The notes below the pieces were generated by a model. The model was not told where the DNA came from. It made no database searches and saw only the letters and a program-made list of their open reading frames with translations. A DNA stretch of 56,043 bases from a virus (lineage: Duplodnaviria > Caudoviricetes). A program made the position numbers and the translations under genes. The stretch lies in the IMG/VR virus record IMGVR_UViG_3300043395_001804, positions 1 to 56,043 of that record. One strand, written 5' to 3'. This document shows positions 47,601 through 55,253 of this stretch, piece after piece. The first letter of the stretch is position 1, and every line of letters begins with the position of its first letter.

Positions 47601-48116
47601 TTATCCTAGCTTTACATCAGCGTAGTCAACGAATGAGATTAACATGATACTGAGTTCGGTTACACGAAGCGATTCGGTATCCATTGGTCTACCAGTATCG
47701 TCATAGGTCAATGAGTCTTCATCGTAGTCCTTCAGGTCTGGTTCTTGAATCAGACACGAATCAGTTTCATTTAGAAATTCGCTGTATGCTTCTTGCATTG
47801 AGTCTGCTGTTACTAAGTAGTGTGGTGGGAACGCACAGTCAGCATTGACACAAAGGTAAAGGCCGTACATTGAATCAAAGTCTGAATGATTGACAAAGTA
47901 GCTACCCATATCGATATGGACAAATATGCGATCTTTAAGTATGTCGTAAACAATTGGATCGCTACATGCGTCAACTTCATGCTTGAACAATGTAGCCAAG
48001 TACAGCGTTGTGTTCTTGTTGAGAGGGTCTTGACCTTTGGGGTACAAGATCATCATACGGATCAGATGGCCATTGATATTGCCTGGAACTGGAATTCGAG
48101 TGTTTGAAACTGTCAT
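47601..48116 (-). CDS. hypothetical protein
   Basis: AAGGA RBS directly after 19-bp box at 48131. Confidence 0.55.
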   Translation of the reverse strand: MTVSNTRIPVPGNINGHLIRMMILYPKGQDPLNKNTTLYLATLFKHEVDACSDPIVYDILKDRIFVHIDMGSYFVNHSDFDSMYGLYLCVNADCAFPPHYLVTADSMQEAYSEFLNETDSCLIQEPDLKDYDEDSLTYDDTGRPMDTESLRVTELSIMLISFVDYADVKLG

Positions 48117-48152
48117 GAATGTATATCCTTATGCAATGTGGAATTTAATAAA

Positions 48153-48272
48153 CTACCAAAGGTAACATGCTGAGATTGTTGTACTAACTATGAAGACAAA
48201 TACTCCGAAGAGAAACATGCCTTCAATGAATTCATCTTCGTACCATTCACCGTTATTGTCGTTGAAGCTCAT
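48153..48272 (-). CDS. small membrane peptide, 39 aa (not in ORF track)
   Basis: MSFNDNNGEWYEDEFIEGMFLFGVFVFIVSTTISACYLW; ATGA overlap. Confidence 0.4.
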   Translation of the reverse strand: MSFNDNNGEWYEDEFIEGMFLFGVFVFIVSTTISACYLW

Positions 48273-48493
48273 GAGTTGGTTCCCCAAGTTTGAACTACGC
48301 CACCAATTGACTCTCCGTCTACTGCAAGTTCATCGTCTTCAGTAAACACCATAAGGCATCTGATATGCTCATACTGCTTGTACAGTGTGTCAAGAATACG
48401 ATCTGGTGTACACCGTATGTTGACACGAATACTATGGAAGACACCACTTGAATTGGTATGTCTTCCAATGAAATAGCAATTGTAAACATTCAT
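48269..48493 (-). CDS. hypothetical protein
   Basis: Follows helicase stop by 1 nt. Confidence 0.5.
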   Translation of the reverse strand: MNVYNCYFIGRHTNSSGVFHSIRVNIRCTPDRILDTLYKQYEHIRCLMVFTEDDELAVDGESIGGVVQTWGTNS

Positions 48494-48494
48494 G

Positions 48495-50063
48495 TTACTC
48501 TTCTCCTAGTTCTTCGGATTCGGTACTGGTTCCGTTGCATGGAATCAAGGTCATTGATTGCTTGCTACGGGTTAGAGCTACGTACTCTAGGTTGGACTCT
48601 TGCATTCGTTCCCATTGCTTCTTAGCCATTGGGTGTGGAAGATTGGAAGTGCCGTAAATGATTGTTCTGTTGTGCTCCAAGCCTTTGCTGGAGTGGATAG
48701 ATGATAGCTTGATTGCTGTCTTGTAGGCAGGATCTTTGGCTGATTCATCTGGCTTCTTGAACTCTTCGTCTAAGAAGTCGTGTACTTCTTTGACTGTACT
48801 GAACTTGCTGTTGTCGTACAGTTCAAGGATACACTCTCTGTAATCCATGAGGACTGCCTTAGCCATTGGACTTGGGCAACGTGTGATTGCTTTGTCCATC
48901 TTGGTATCGAACTGTTGTCGCCATGAACCGTCAAAGCTGCCTTTGAGATTCCAACCAATGAGAGACTTCATTGCTGAAGCGATTCCTTCTGATGCGAAGA
49001 AGACAACCTTTTGATTGCTGATTTCTTTACGCATCCTCAAGAAGTGTCGGATCAGTGGAGCATTGGTACGAGACATAATCAATACTCCGTCTTCGGGTAG
49101 TTGATCGTACTCGATACCATCTGCGTTTAGGATCTCTCCTGGTGGGCAGTCTGGACGATCTTTGATATCGGGTACGATTGCCCTAGCCATATCCAAGTGA
49201 GTGCTTGGGCATCGCCAACAGCAAGTAAGTGGAAGCTGTACTGCCTGAGTCTTTTCCTGGAGAAGAGAAAGAGAATTAGACATCGAGCCGTTGAAGGCAT
49301 AGATAGCTTGCCTGTCATCACCTACTGCGATGATGCGATTACCCCATTGAAGGGCAAGAGCCATGCGTAGTGGGTTGGTGTCCTGTGCTTCGTCAACGAA
49401 TAGATTGTCAACTGAGCCAGCACCCCATCCATTGATGTAGGGTAGCCAGAGCATCATATCGAAGTTGTAGTTGAATCCAGTACCATACTTGCCTTTGGTA
49501 CGTTCAGCACAGAGTTGGAGTACTCGTACTGCGTGTTCTACTACTTCTTCAACAGTGCATTCCATTTCGAGTCTGCCATACTCAGCATCACGCAGAATGG
49601 TCAAGGCATCGTCAAGGCTAATGTCTGGCTTGGCTGCCATAGTCATGAGCCATGAGACTGCTTTCTCGATACTGGATTGCAGTTTGTACTCGTTGGCTTG
49701 GGTTGGCTTGTTGCCACGGAATGCAACGGTTTGGATACGTTCACGCATACCGAAACCGCCTTTGTCCATCCATGAGCCTTTGGGCATAAGAGCCATACCG
49801 AACTTATGGAAGGTGCTGGCTTGACGGCCTGAGCCAAGACGTTCTGCCATTTCCTCTGCTGGTGCTTTGTTGAAGCATAGGATAACGCTGTCACGTGGAG
49901 CAATGGCTTCAATGGTGCTGGACTTGCCAGTACCGGCACGAGCTACGACGATGATATTGTTGTCGGTGCTTAGAGCATCCTTGATTGCGGATTGCTCTGC
50001 TGTCAAAGTGTGTCCGGTCTTCTTGGCCTTGGTTACGGTCTTGGTTGCTTTGCGAACTGGCAT
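48495..50063 (-). CDS. UvrD/Rep-like superfamily 1 helicase
   Basis: ARAGTGKS, TFH, VDEAQD, VGDDRQAIYAF, SIHSSKGLE, YVALTR. Confidence 0.9.
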   Translation of the reverse strand: MPVRKATKTVTKAKKTGHTLTAEQSAIKDALSTDNNIIVVARAGTGKSSTIEAIAPRDSVILCFNKAPAEEMAERLGSGRQASTFHKFGMALMPKGSWMDKGGFGMRERIQTVAFRGNKPTQANEYKLQSSIEKAVSWLMTMAAKPDISLDDALTILRDAEYGRLEMECTVEEVVEHAVRVLQLCAERTKGKYGTGFNYNFDMMLWLPYINGWGAGSVDNLFVDEAQDTNPLRMALALQWGNRIIAVGDDRQAIYAFNGSMSNSLSLLQEKTQAVQLPLTCCWRCPSTHLDMARAIVPDIKDRPDCPPGEILNADGIEYDQLPEDGVLIMSRTNAPLIRHFLRMRKEISNQKVVFFASEGIASAMKSLIGWNLKGSFDGSWRQQFDTKMDKAITRCPSPMAKAVLMDYRECILELYDNSKFSTVKEVHDFLDEEFKKPDESAKDPAYKTAIKLSSIHSSKGLEHNRTIIYGTSNLPHPMAKKQWERMQESNLEYVALTRSKQSMTLIPCNGTSTESEELGEE

Positions 50064-50091
50064 TGTGACTTCTCCTGAAGTAGATAGATGA

Positions 50092-50526
50092 TTAAACGGG
50101 CCATACGTAGTCAGGTTTGTTTAGGGGAACTGGCCCCCAATTGTACTGACTGTAAAACTCTGGGTATTTGAATAACAGGTTTTGTTGGTGTGAGTAACAC
50201 ACTCTTGATAACAGGTCTTTGTCATCGAACCAAGGTGGAAGTATGACGTTGCCACGTGCATCTTCGATGATTGCTTTGAAGTATTTAATAAGTGGTTTGG
50301 ATTTGATTGGGTCGATCCAACAATTGCGAAGTAGTTGGCTCATACCGTGTAGGCAGTATTGGGCTAGTGCTGGTTCGTAACCACGAAACATTTTGGATGC
50401 AGGGTGATTAGGCCAGCCACCATTGAGCAATGTCTTGGCTTCTCGCCATATTTGATTGCCCATACGTGACTTGTCCAAGCATCGGATCGACTTAGACAAG
50501 TCTGGGTAAGGTAGGAATACTTGCAT
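50092..50526 (-). CDS. pyrimidine dimer DNA glycosylase-like protein (MSMEG_6728/DenV-related)
   Basis: MQVFLPY...LDKSRMGNQ..EA...GW.NHPA..M...SHQ.NLL.K.PEFY...YVWP. Confidence 0.8.
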   Translation of the reverse strand: MQVFLPYPDLSKSIRCLDKSRMGNQIWREAKTLLNGGWPNHPASKMFRGYEPALAQYCLHGMSQLLRNCWIDPIKSKPLIKYFKAIIEDARGNVILPPWFDDKDLLSRVCYSHQQNLLFKYPEFYSQYNWGPVPLNKPDYVWPV

Positions 50527-50819
50527 CAGTCTTTCTCAGGTTGTTTGAGGCTTTCTATCCTAGTAATAGCATCACAAAGCATGTCTCTTTCAAATACAAG
50601 TGTATCGCTTATTGGCCCATAGACTGCTTCAATTGATGGCAGTTTGATTTTGAGCAATCTTTGCACGTGGATACCGTGTAGGCAATTGATTAGAAGTCCC
50701 ATCTTCAAAGAATCAGGAACGTCAAGTTCAATTTGTTTTATCTGTTCTTCAATTGCATTGAAGATGTTTTCTACGGGTTTCCTAAGTTCGTTCATGATAT
50801 GATCTGACATACTTTGCAT
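50526..50819 (-). CDS. hypothetical protein
   Basis: AGGAG RBS before ATG 50819. Confidence 0.5.
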   Translation of the reverse strand: MQSMSDHIMNELRKPVENIFNAIEEQIKQIELDVPDSLKMGLLINCLHGIHVQRLLKIKLPSIEAVYGPISDTLVFERDMLCDAITRIESLKQPEKD

Positions 50820-50821
50820 TG

Positions 50822-51172
50822 CTATTCTCCTAGCTCGATTGTGTGCATTTTGAAAGTGAAGATGTAGTTGCATCCTGAAAGTCGAATCATGTTAAGATTG
50901 TCGGCTTTCCATTCGATGCCACGTTTTTCTTTCAAGTAATTAAGGTACTGTTCGAGATTGTAAATCATTGTCAGTTCTTCTTTGAGAAGAGTTGTAACAT
51001 ACTTGGTTCTTTTGAATGGTGGTTTGAAGTCTGCTGGAGCGTCTTGATGGTATGAGAATGTTTTGAGACATTCACTCTTACCGTTATCAACCAATGCGAA
51101 CTGGATACGTGATCCTCTAACATTGGCTGGTGGTAGGTACTTGGTGGTGATGTACATGATTAGGCTTTCCAA
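50822..51172 (-). CDS. hypothetical protein
   Basis: ITTKYLPP.N.RGSRI motif familiar from phage early genes. Confidence 0.55.
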   Translation of the reverse strand: MESLIMYITTKYLPPANVRGSRIQFALVDNGKSECLKTFSYHQDAPADFKPPFKRTKYVTTLLKEELTMIYNLEQYLNYLKEKRGIEWKADNLNMIRLSGCNYIFTFKMHTIELGE

Positions 51173-51711
51173 AGGTTAGAGTCTGGGAACTTTTCTTTAG
51201 CGTGTTGTAGCGAGTAGTACACTACTTCTTGATTGGTTTGATCGTATCCATGAACTATTTGCTTATCTAAGCAATAGTAGTAGGTATCGTGAAGATAGTC
51301 TTTGAAGTTTGAATCGTTGTATCTTCTGCGATGTGAATTGTCGTTGAACCTTCCAGTTTTGAGATCGATATGAATTCCGGTGTAAGACAAGAAAGTTGGA
51401 GTAGCGATTACTTTCCAGTCACAAGACCAACCATCATAGAAACCATCTTCGTTCATGTGATGGAAGTCAAAGGTCAGTATGATCTTGTCTGGTTGAGACT
51501 TGTCTAAGTCGATCTTGGTTCCTGAGTCGATGCCTGAGCCACGTGGTAGGAATGACTCAAGCTGCTGTACTCTGTCAGACTTGCCGTTCTGTTTGTAGCA
51601 ATGCAACGCTTCTGCAATTGCATTGACAAGAGATAGTGAACGGCCTAGTACGATTACTGGTTGCTGTGTTTGCACGATTTGTTTTCCTTCATGAAGAATT
51701 TTGTCATCCAA
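51160..51711 (-). CDS. hypothetical protein
   Basis: LPRGSGIDSG...FHHMNEDGFYDGW motif. Confidence 0.6.
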   Translation of the reverse strand: MDDKILHEGKQIVQTQQPVIVLGRSLSLVNAIAEALHCYKQNGKSDRVQQLESFLPRGSGIDSGTKIDLDKSQPDKIILTFDFHHMNEDGFYDGWSCDWKVIATPTFLSYTGIHIDLKTGRFNDNSHRRRYNDSNFKDYLHDTYYYCLDKQIVHGYDQTNQEVVYYSLQHAKEKFPDSNLWKA

Positions 51712-51863
51712 GTACGGACTCGGTTATGTCGATCTGGAAGATTCCAATATACGTCCCATGTTTTTTCTTTTGTTGATTGTTTGTAATTCAAGTCTCTTGG
51801 GTTGTCACTCAGAAAATTCAAAAACATGCGTTTCCTAATTTTCAATGCTTGGCGACGTTTCAT
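51654..51863 (-). CDS. hypothetical protein
   Basis: AAGGA RBS. Confidence 0.45.
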   Translation of the reverse strand: MKRRQALKIRKRMFLNFLSDNPRDLNYKQSTKEKTWDVYWNLPDRHNRVRTWMTKFFMKENKSCKHSNQ

Positions 51864-51879
51864 TTAGAGTATCCTTTGA

Positions 51880-52227
51880 CTAAACGTATTGGAACTGAGA
51901 AGTGGGCTGTTCTACTTGACCTGGTTCGGCAAGTGGATAGCGATTTAGGAACTGCATCAAGGCTCTCTTGGATTGAACCTTGGAAGTGCCATAAGCGATG
52001 ATGTAGTTGCTGTCTCTGTCAGTCTTGTTGAAGTAACAACGAATCAGAACTCCGTCAATTGATGTTGATGGTGGAGCGTTGTGATTCCATTCATCATAGT
52101 TGAGTTTGACTACCATTGTTTTTGCGTTTACGTTCTCAGTCAAACATTTGTGCTGACTGATTCTGCGTAGTGGGTTCTGCTCTGCTTCGATACGGCAAGC
52201 AATGTAGACTTGCATAAGCAATGCCAT
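51880..52227 (-). CDS. hypothetical protein, first gene of early operon
   Basis: AAGGA RBS downstream of promoter at 52364-52392. Confidence 0.5.
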   Translation of the reverse strand: MALLMQVYIACRIEAEQNPLRRISQHKCLTENVNAKTMVVKLNYDEWNHNAPPSTSIDGVLIRCYFNKTDRDSNYIIAYGTSKVQSKRALMQFLNRYPLAEPGQVEQPTSQFQYV

Positions 52228-52363
52228 AACTAAAATCCTTTATGTTTGCTAGTTGCAATTGTAATTCGAAACAAGCTTGCAACTATTAAGCTTGCATCGA
52301 TGCGATTCTATTGTTCGCAAAATCGGCACTGTCTCATTTTGAGATTTTTCTGCCGCATGTCTG

Positions 52364-52392
52364 ATTGTATCGTATTTATCGGATACTTGCAA
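52364..52392 (-). promoter_or_regulatory. sigma70 promoter of early leftward operon
   Basis: - strand TTGCAA-N17-TACAAT; the -35 lies within the palindrome ATACTTGCAAGTAT; A/T tract upstream. Confidence 0.75.
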
Positions 52393-52630
52393 GTATATCT
52401 TAACTAAAATCGGAAAAAATTTTTTGCCGATAGAATCGGATTCCCAGTAGAAGAGGAACCGCACGCGACGGGCGTACACACACCCACCCCCGCCTATACA
52501 TATATGTACGTGCGTAGATATTACGTAGATACGTAGTAGGCTCGCTTGAGCGTTCAACCGGATGGTATATGTCTATGCAATGTAGAATTTATTGTGCTTG
52601 AGCGAACAAGCACTATATTTCTCTGGAGAG

Positions 52631-52718
52631 AGAAGAAAAGAAAAGAAAAGAACCTAGATCAATATGCTTTCGCGTTCTACCGTTGTCCGTCCCATTACTA
52701 CGGCATACTGATCTAGGT
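52631..52718 (-). terminator. long hairpin with pyrimidine tail after tRNA cluster
   Basis: ACCTAGATCA-x-TATGC/GCATA-x-TGATCTAGGT stem followed by TCTTTTCTTTTCTTTT. Confidence 0.5.
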
Positions 52719-52723
52719 CTTAG

Positions 52724-52797
52724 CTTGCCTGACCGGAGTTGAACCGGCAACTACACTTTAGAAGGGTGTTGCTTTTCCTGGATTAAGCTACAGGCAA
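52724..52797 (-). tRNA. tRNA-Arg(UCU)
   Basis: Acceptor TTGCCTG/CAGGCAA, D stem GCTT/AAGC, anticodon loop CT-TCT-AA (one C.A mismatch), T arm GCCGG-TTCAACT-CCGGT; no encoded CCA. Confidence 0.8.
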
Positions 52798-52804
52798 GGT
52801 TAAG

Positions 52805-52892
52805 AGGATCGGCCAGGAATTATCATTAACCTGGAAGCTCTCTGATGGGTCATGACTCCCAAAAGGAACACTTAGCCGTTAGACACCGATCC
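52805..52892 (-). ncRNA. aberrant tRNA-like element
   Basis: Acceptor GGATCGG/CCGATCC and T-like stem CCAGG/CCTGG with 12-nt loop; central TGGG-AGTCATGA-CCCA hairpin. Confidence 0.45.
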
Positions 52893-52893
52893 A

Positions 52894-52949
52894 AAGAGTA
52901 GTGTGGGATTCGAACCCACCATGAACTAAGTCACCGGCCTGTCTACTCT
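52894..52949 (-). ncRNA. miniature tRNA-like element lacking D arm (about 56 nt)
   Basis: Acceptor AGAGTAG/CTACTCT and canonical T arm GTGGG-TTCGAAT-CCCAC. Confidence 0.5.
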
Positions 52950-52980
52950 CGTAACTAAAGTAGTTACCACTTGACAAAGA

Positions 52981-53460
52981 TTAGTCGCACAAGATTGTAG
53001 CGAACCAACCGTAGGTACGTAGGCTACGATTGTAACCATACTGAACTGATTGTTCGCGTCTAGGTCGGTTTGAGTAACAGCACCTACGCAATGCGTCTTC
53101 TGGAGAGACAGAAGAGAAGCCTACTCCTTCATATCGAGCACCACCAAGGGAGCCTCCTACGTGACGCATAACGCCTTGGGCTACTTGTTGTGTAGTCTTT
53201 AGTGCGGCTACTCCTGTACTTCGAACTGGTTGAACTTCTTGGAAGTACTGGACTACGTTTTGCGTAGGCTGTACTACCACTTCACTTACCACAGTTCGTA
53301 CTGGTGTGAAGCTTGGTACTGGATCGCTGAAAGTTGGTGCCGATTCGACTAGCATTGGTGCTGATTTGTAGCATCGACCTGTTGTGCATTGTTGTGCGAA
53401 ACTGGTAATGCTTAATAGTACTGTGATAAGTACTGCAACGATGATGGTTGGAAACTTCAT
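52981..53460 (-). CDS. secreted protein of planctomycete type
   Basis: Signal peptide ending SFA-QQC; CTTGRC; C-terminal HVGG...YEGVGFS..SP..AL..CCY. Confidence 0.6.
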   Translation of the reverse strand: MKFPTIIVAVLITVLLSITSFAQQCTTGRCYKSAPMLVESAPTFSDPVPSFTPVRTVVSEVVVQPTQNVVQYFQEVQPVRSTGVAALKTTQQVAQGVMRHVGGSLGGARYEGVGFSSVSPEDALRRCCYSNRPRREQSVQYGYNRSLRTYGWFATILCD

Positions 53461-53525
53461 GCTAAACTCTCCCTGGAGGATGAAAAGATAAACGGTACTA
53501 ACGGTTTGAACTACTGTGCGGTGTC

Positions 53526-53954
53526 TTATGGGTAGTTACGATCTTCGTCGTCTTCAAGTTCGATCATCGCATCGGTATCTTGCATAGGTTCTTCGGTTTG
53601 ATCGTCACCGAAGACTGGTACGTTGTTGTCGTTTTGTGCTGTGAAGAATTGATCGTACAATGATCCTGCTTGCTTCAGAATGATCTGCTTCAGCATTGGA
53701 TCAACTACAACGTCTGGGCCTGGAAGATCGATTGGTTGAATGTACTTGTCGTACATATCGCTTACCAATTTCAGTACGTCCTCTTTCTTGACGTTCTTGA
53801 GGTCGCTGTTCTTGATAGCTTCTTTGACTACATCAAGAAACCATTCTTTGATCCGTTCAACTGTTTTGTTGACGCTACCTTGAGATACACTCAAGTGTTT
53901 GTCCATGAACTCTTGCATCGAGTTCAGGTCTTGATTTTCAAATGCTGCGGTCAT
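53526..53954 (-). CDS. hypothetical protein
   Basis: AAGGA RBS; PIDLPGPDVVVDPML motif. Confidence 0.6.
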   Translation of the reverse strand: MTAAFENQDLNSMQEFMDKHLSVSQGSVNKTVERIKEWFLDVVKEAIKNSDLKNVKKEDVLKLVSDMYDKYIQPIDLPGPDVVVDPMLKQIILKQAGSLYDQFFTAQNDNNVPVFGDDQTEEPMQDTDAMIELEDDEDRNYP

Positions 53955-53992
53955 TGTAGCAGTCCTTGTAACTAAGGGATAGATGGTATATG

Positions 53993-54048
53993 AAAAACCC
54001 CTTCAGCATCTAGTCGTGTGTCCGTTTAGACTTGTATGCTGAAGGGGT
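53993..54048 (-). terminator. intrinsic terminator
   Basis: ACCCCTTCAGCAT/ATGCTGAAGGGGT stem followed by T run on the - strand. Confidence 0.6.
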
Positions 54049-54072
54049 AGTGTTACTGCAAAGCAGAATTTA

Positions 54073-54459
54073 TTAAGCCAAAGCTGGCTCAAGTTCTTGG
54101 GACTTTTGAGCCTTCTTCTTTGCAGGCTTCGCGGTCTTCTTCGAAGTAGCCTTACTTGCCTTGGCTTGCTTTGCTGGTTTGGCTTGCTTGGTGTCTTCAG
54201 AAGACTTTGAACGATCTCGCCCAAACTTGCTGAACTTGAATTCAGGATTGGACTTGGTGAACTTCTCAACGAGTGCGGTTGCTTCGGTCTTCAAGGCTTT
54301 GGCTAGTGGGCCTTTACCTTCCCAGGCCAAAGCAATCAGGGTAGCCATTGCTGACTCTTGCAGGGTATCGCCTTGAAGCTTGACTGCTTGAACTGGAATA
54401 TGGCTTCCATTGATGAACTTACGTGCCTTTGGGTGTCCGAATGGTTTGGTAACGATCAT
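54073..54459 (-). CDS. basic protein with Lys/Ala-rich histone H1-like tail (start ATG 54459)
   Basis: AAGGAG RBS; KQAKPAKQAKASKATSKKTAKPAKKK. Confidence 0.6.
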   Translation of the reverse strand: MIVTKPFGHPKARKFINGSHIPVQAVKLQGDTLQESAMATLIALAWEGKGPLAKALKTEATALVEKFTKSNPEFKFSKFGRDRSKSSEDTKQAKPAKQAKASKATSKKTAKPAKKKAQKSQELEPALA

Positions 54460-54463
54460 GGTG

Positions 54464-54703
54464 TTACGGTGTTCTCCTTTTTGCTTGGAACATAGTGTTG
54501 GTCTTACCTCTGCCTGTGTTGATCGCAATGTCTTTCTTGGCGTACTTCGTGTTACGTGCTACTGCTCCCTTGCTGGCAATCTCGGATCGGCGTTGTGCTG
54601 AGAGCTTCTTAGCTCTTGCTGGCCCACCCTTCTTACCACCTGATGAACCAAGAATTGCTGCGGCCTTGTTCATGGCTTTGGTCTGTAACGGTTTTTTTGC
54701 CAT
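54464..54703 (-). CDS. small basic protein with GGKKGG..RA.KL...RRSEIA motif
   Basis: Motif common in small phage and bacterial DNA-associated proteins; GGAG RBS. Confidence 0.65.
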   Translation of the reverse strand: MAKKPLQTKAMNKAAAILGSSGGKKGGPARAKKLSAQRRSEIASKGAVARNTKYAKKDIAINTGRGKTNTMFQAKRRTP

Positions 54704-54726
54704 TTTACTACTCCGTAAATGGATTG

Positions 54727-55242
54727 TTATTTCTTACGTCTTGAAGAGTTTGTTCGGTTGGACTGTCCTTCCGATTGTCCCTTCTGTTTCGCTCGCCATG
54801 CTCGCTTACGTATGGCTGCCGGTGTCTGACTATACTCTCTCGGTTTGGATTTGGCAACTGACTTTTTACTACCAGTTGATGAATTCTTGGATTTTTTTGT
54901 TGTGGTCTTTTTTGGGCCTTTACTACCGAACAATGAACGGCCTTTCTTTGACTTGCTTACGTTTACTATCTTTGGGCCTTGATTGATCTTAACTGCTTTC
55001 GCTCGGCTTGCTGGCTTCTTAACTCGGCGGCCTCTGATACGTTGTATCTCTTTCTGGTCGCGGCCTTGTTTCTTTGCTTGCTCTGCTTGTAACTCTCTAG
55101 CTGATTTGCTTTCTTGCTCTTGAGCTAGTTGTCGATTAGTTTCTTTTATGCCTTTGCCTTTCTTCTTGGTCTTACCTTTTCGACCTTTAGCATTGTAGCC
55201 TTTAGCTACGTCTAGCTTTACACGTACATTTGAAGTTGCCAT
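54727..55242 (-). CDS. very basic Lys/Arg-rich protein
   Basis: AGGAG RBS; composition. Confidence 0.55.
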   Translation of the reverse strand: MATSNVRVKLDVAKGYNAKGRKGKTKKKGKGIKETNRQLAQEQESKSARELQAEQAKKQGRDQKEIQRIRGRRVKKPASRAKAVKINQGPKIVNVSKSKKGRSLFGSKGPKKTTTKKSKNSSTGSKKSVAKSKPREYSQTPAAIRKRAWRAKQKGQSEGQSNRTNSSRRKK

Positions 55243-55253
55243 TTAGTTAGCTC

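Noticed and set aside
6125-54074. 19-bp boxes as CRISPR repeats or att sites
   Set aside because: Dispersed kilobases apart, variable in the centre, and no cas or integrase gene was recognised
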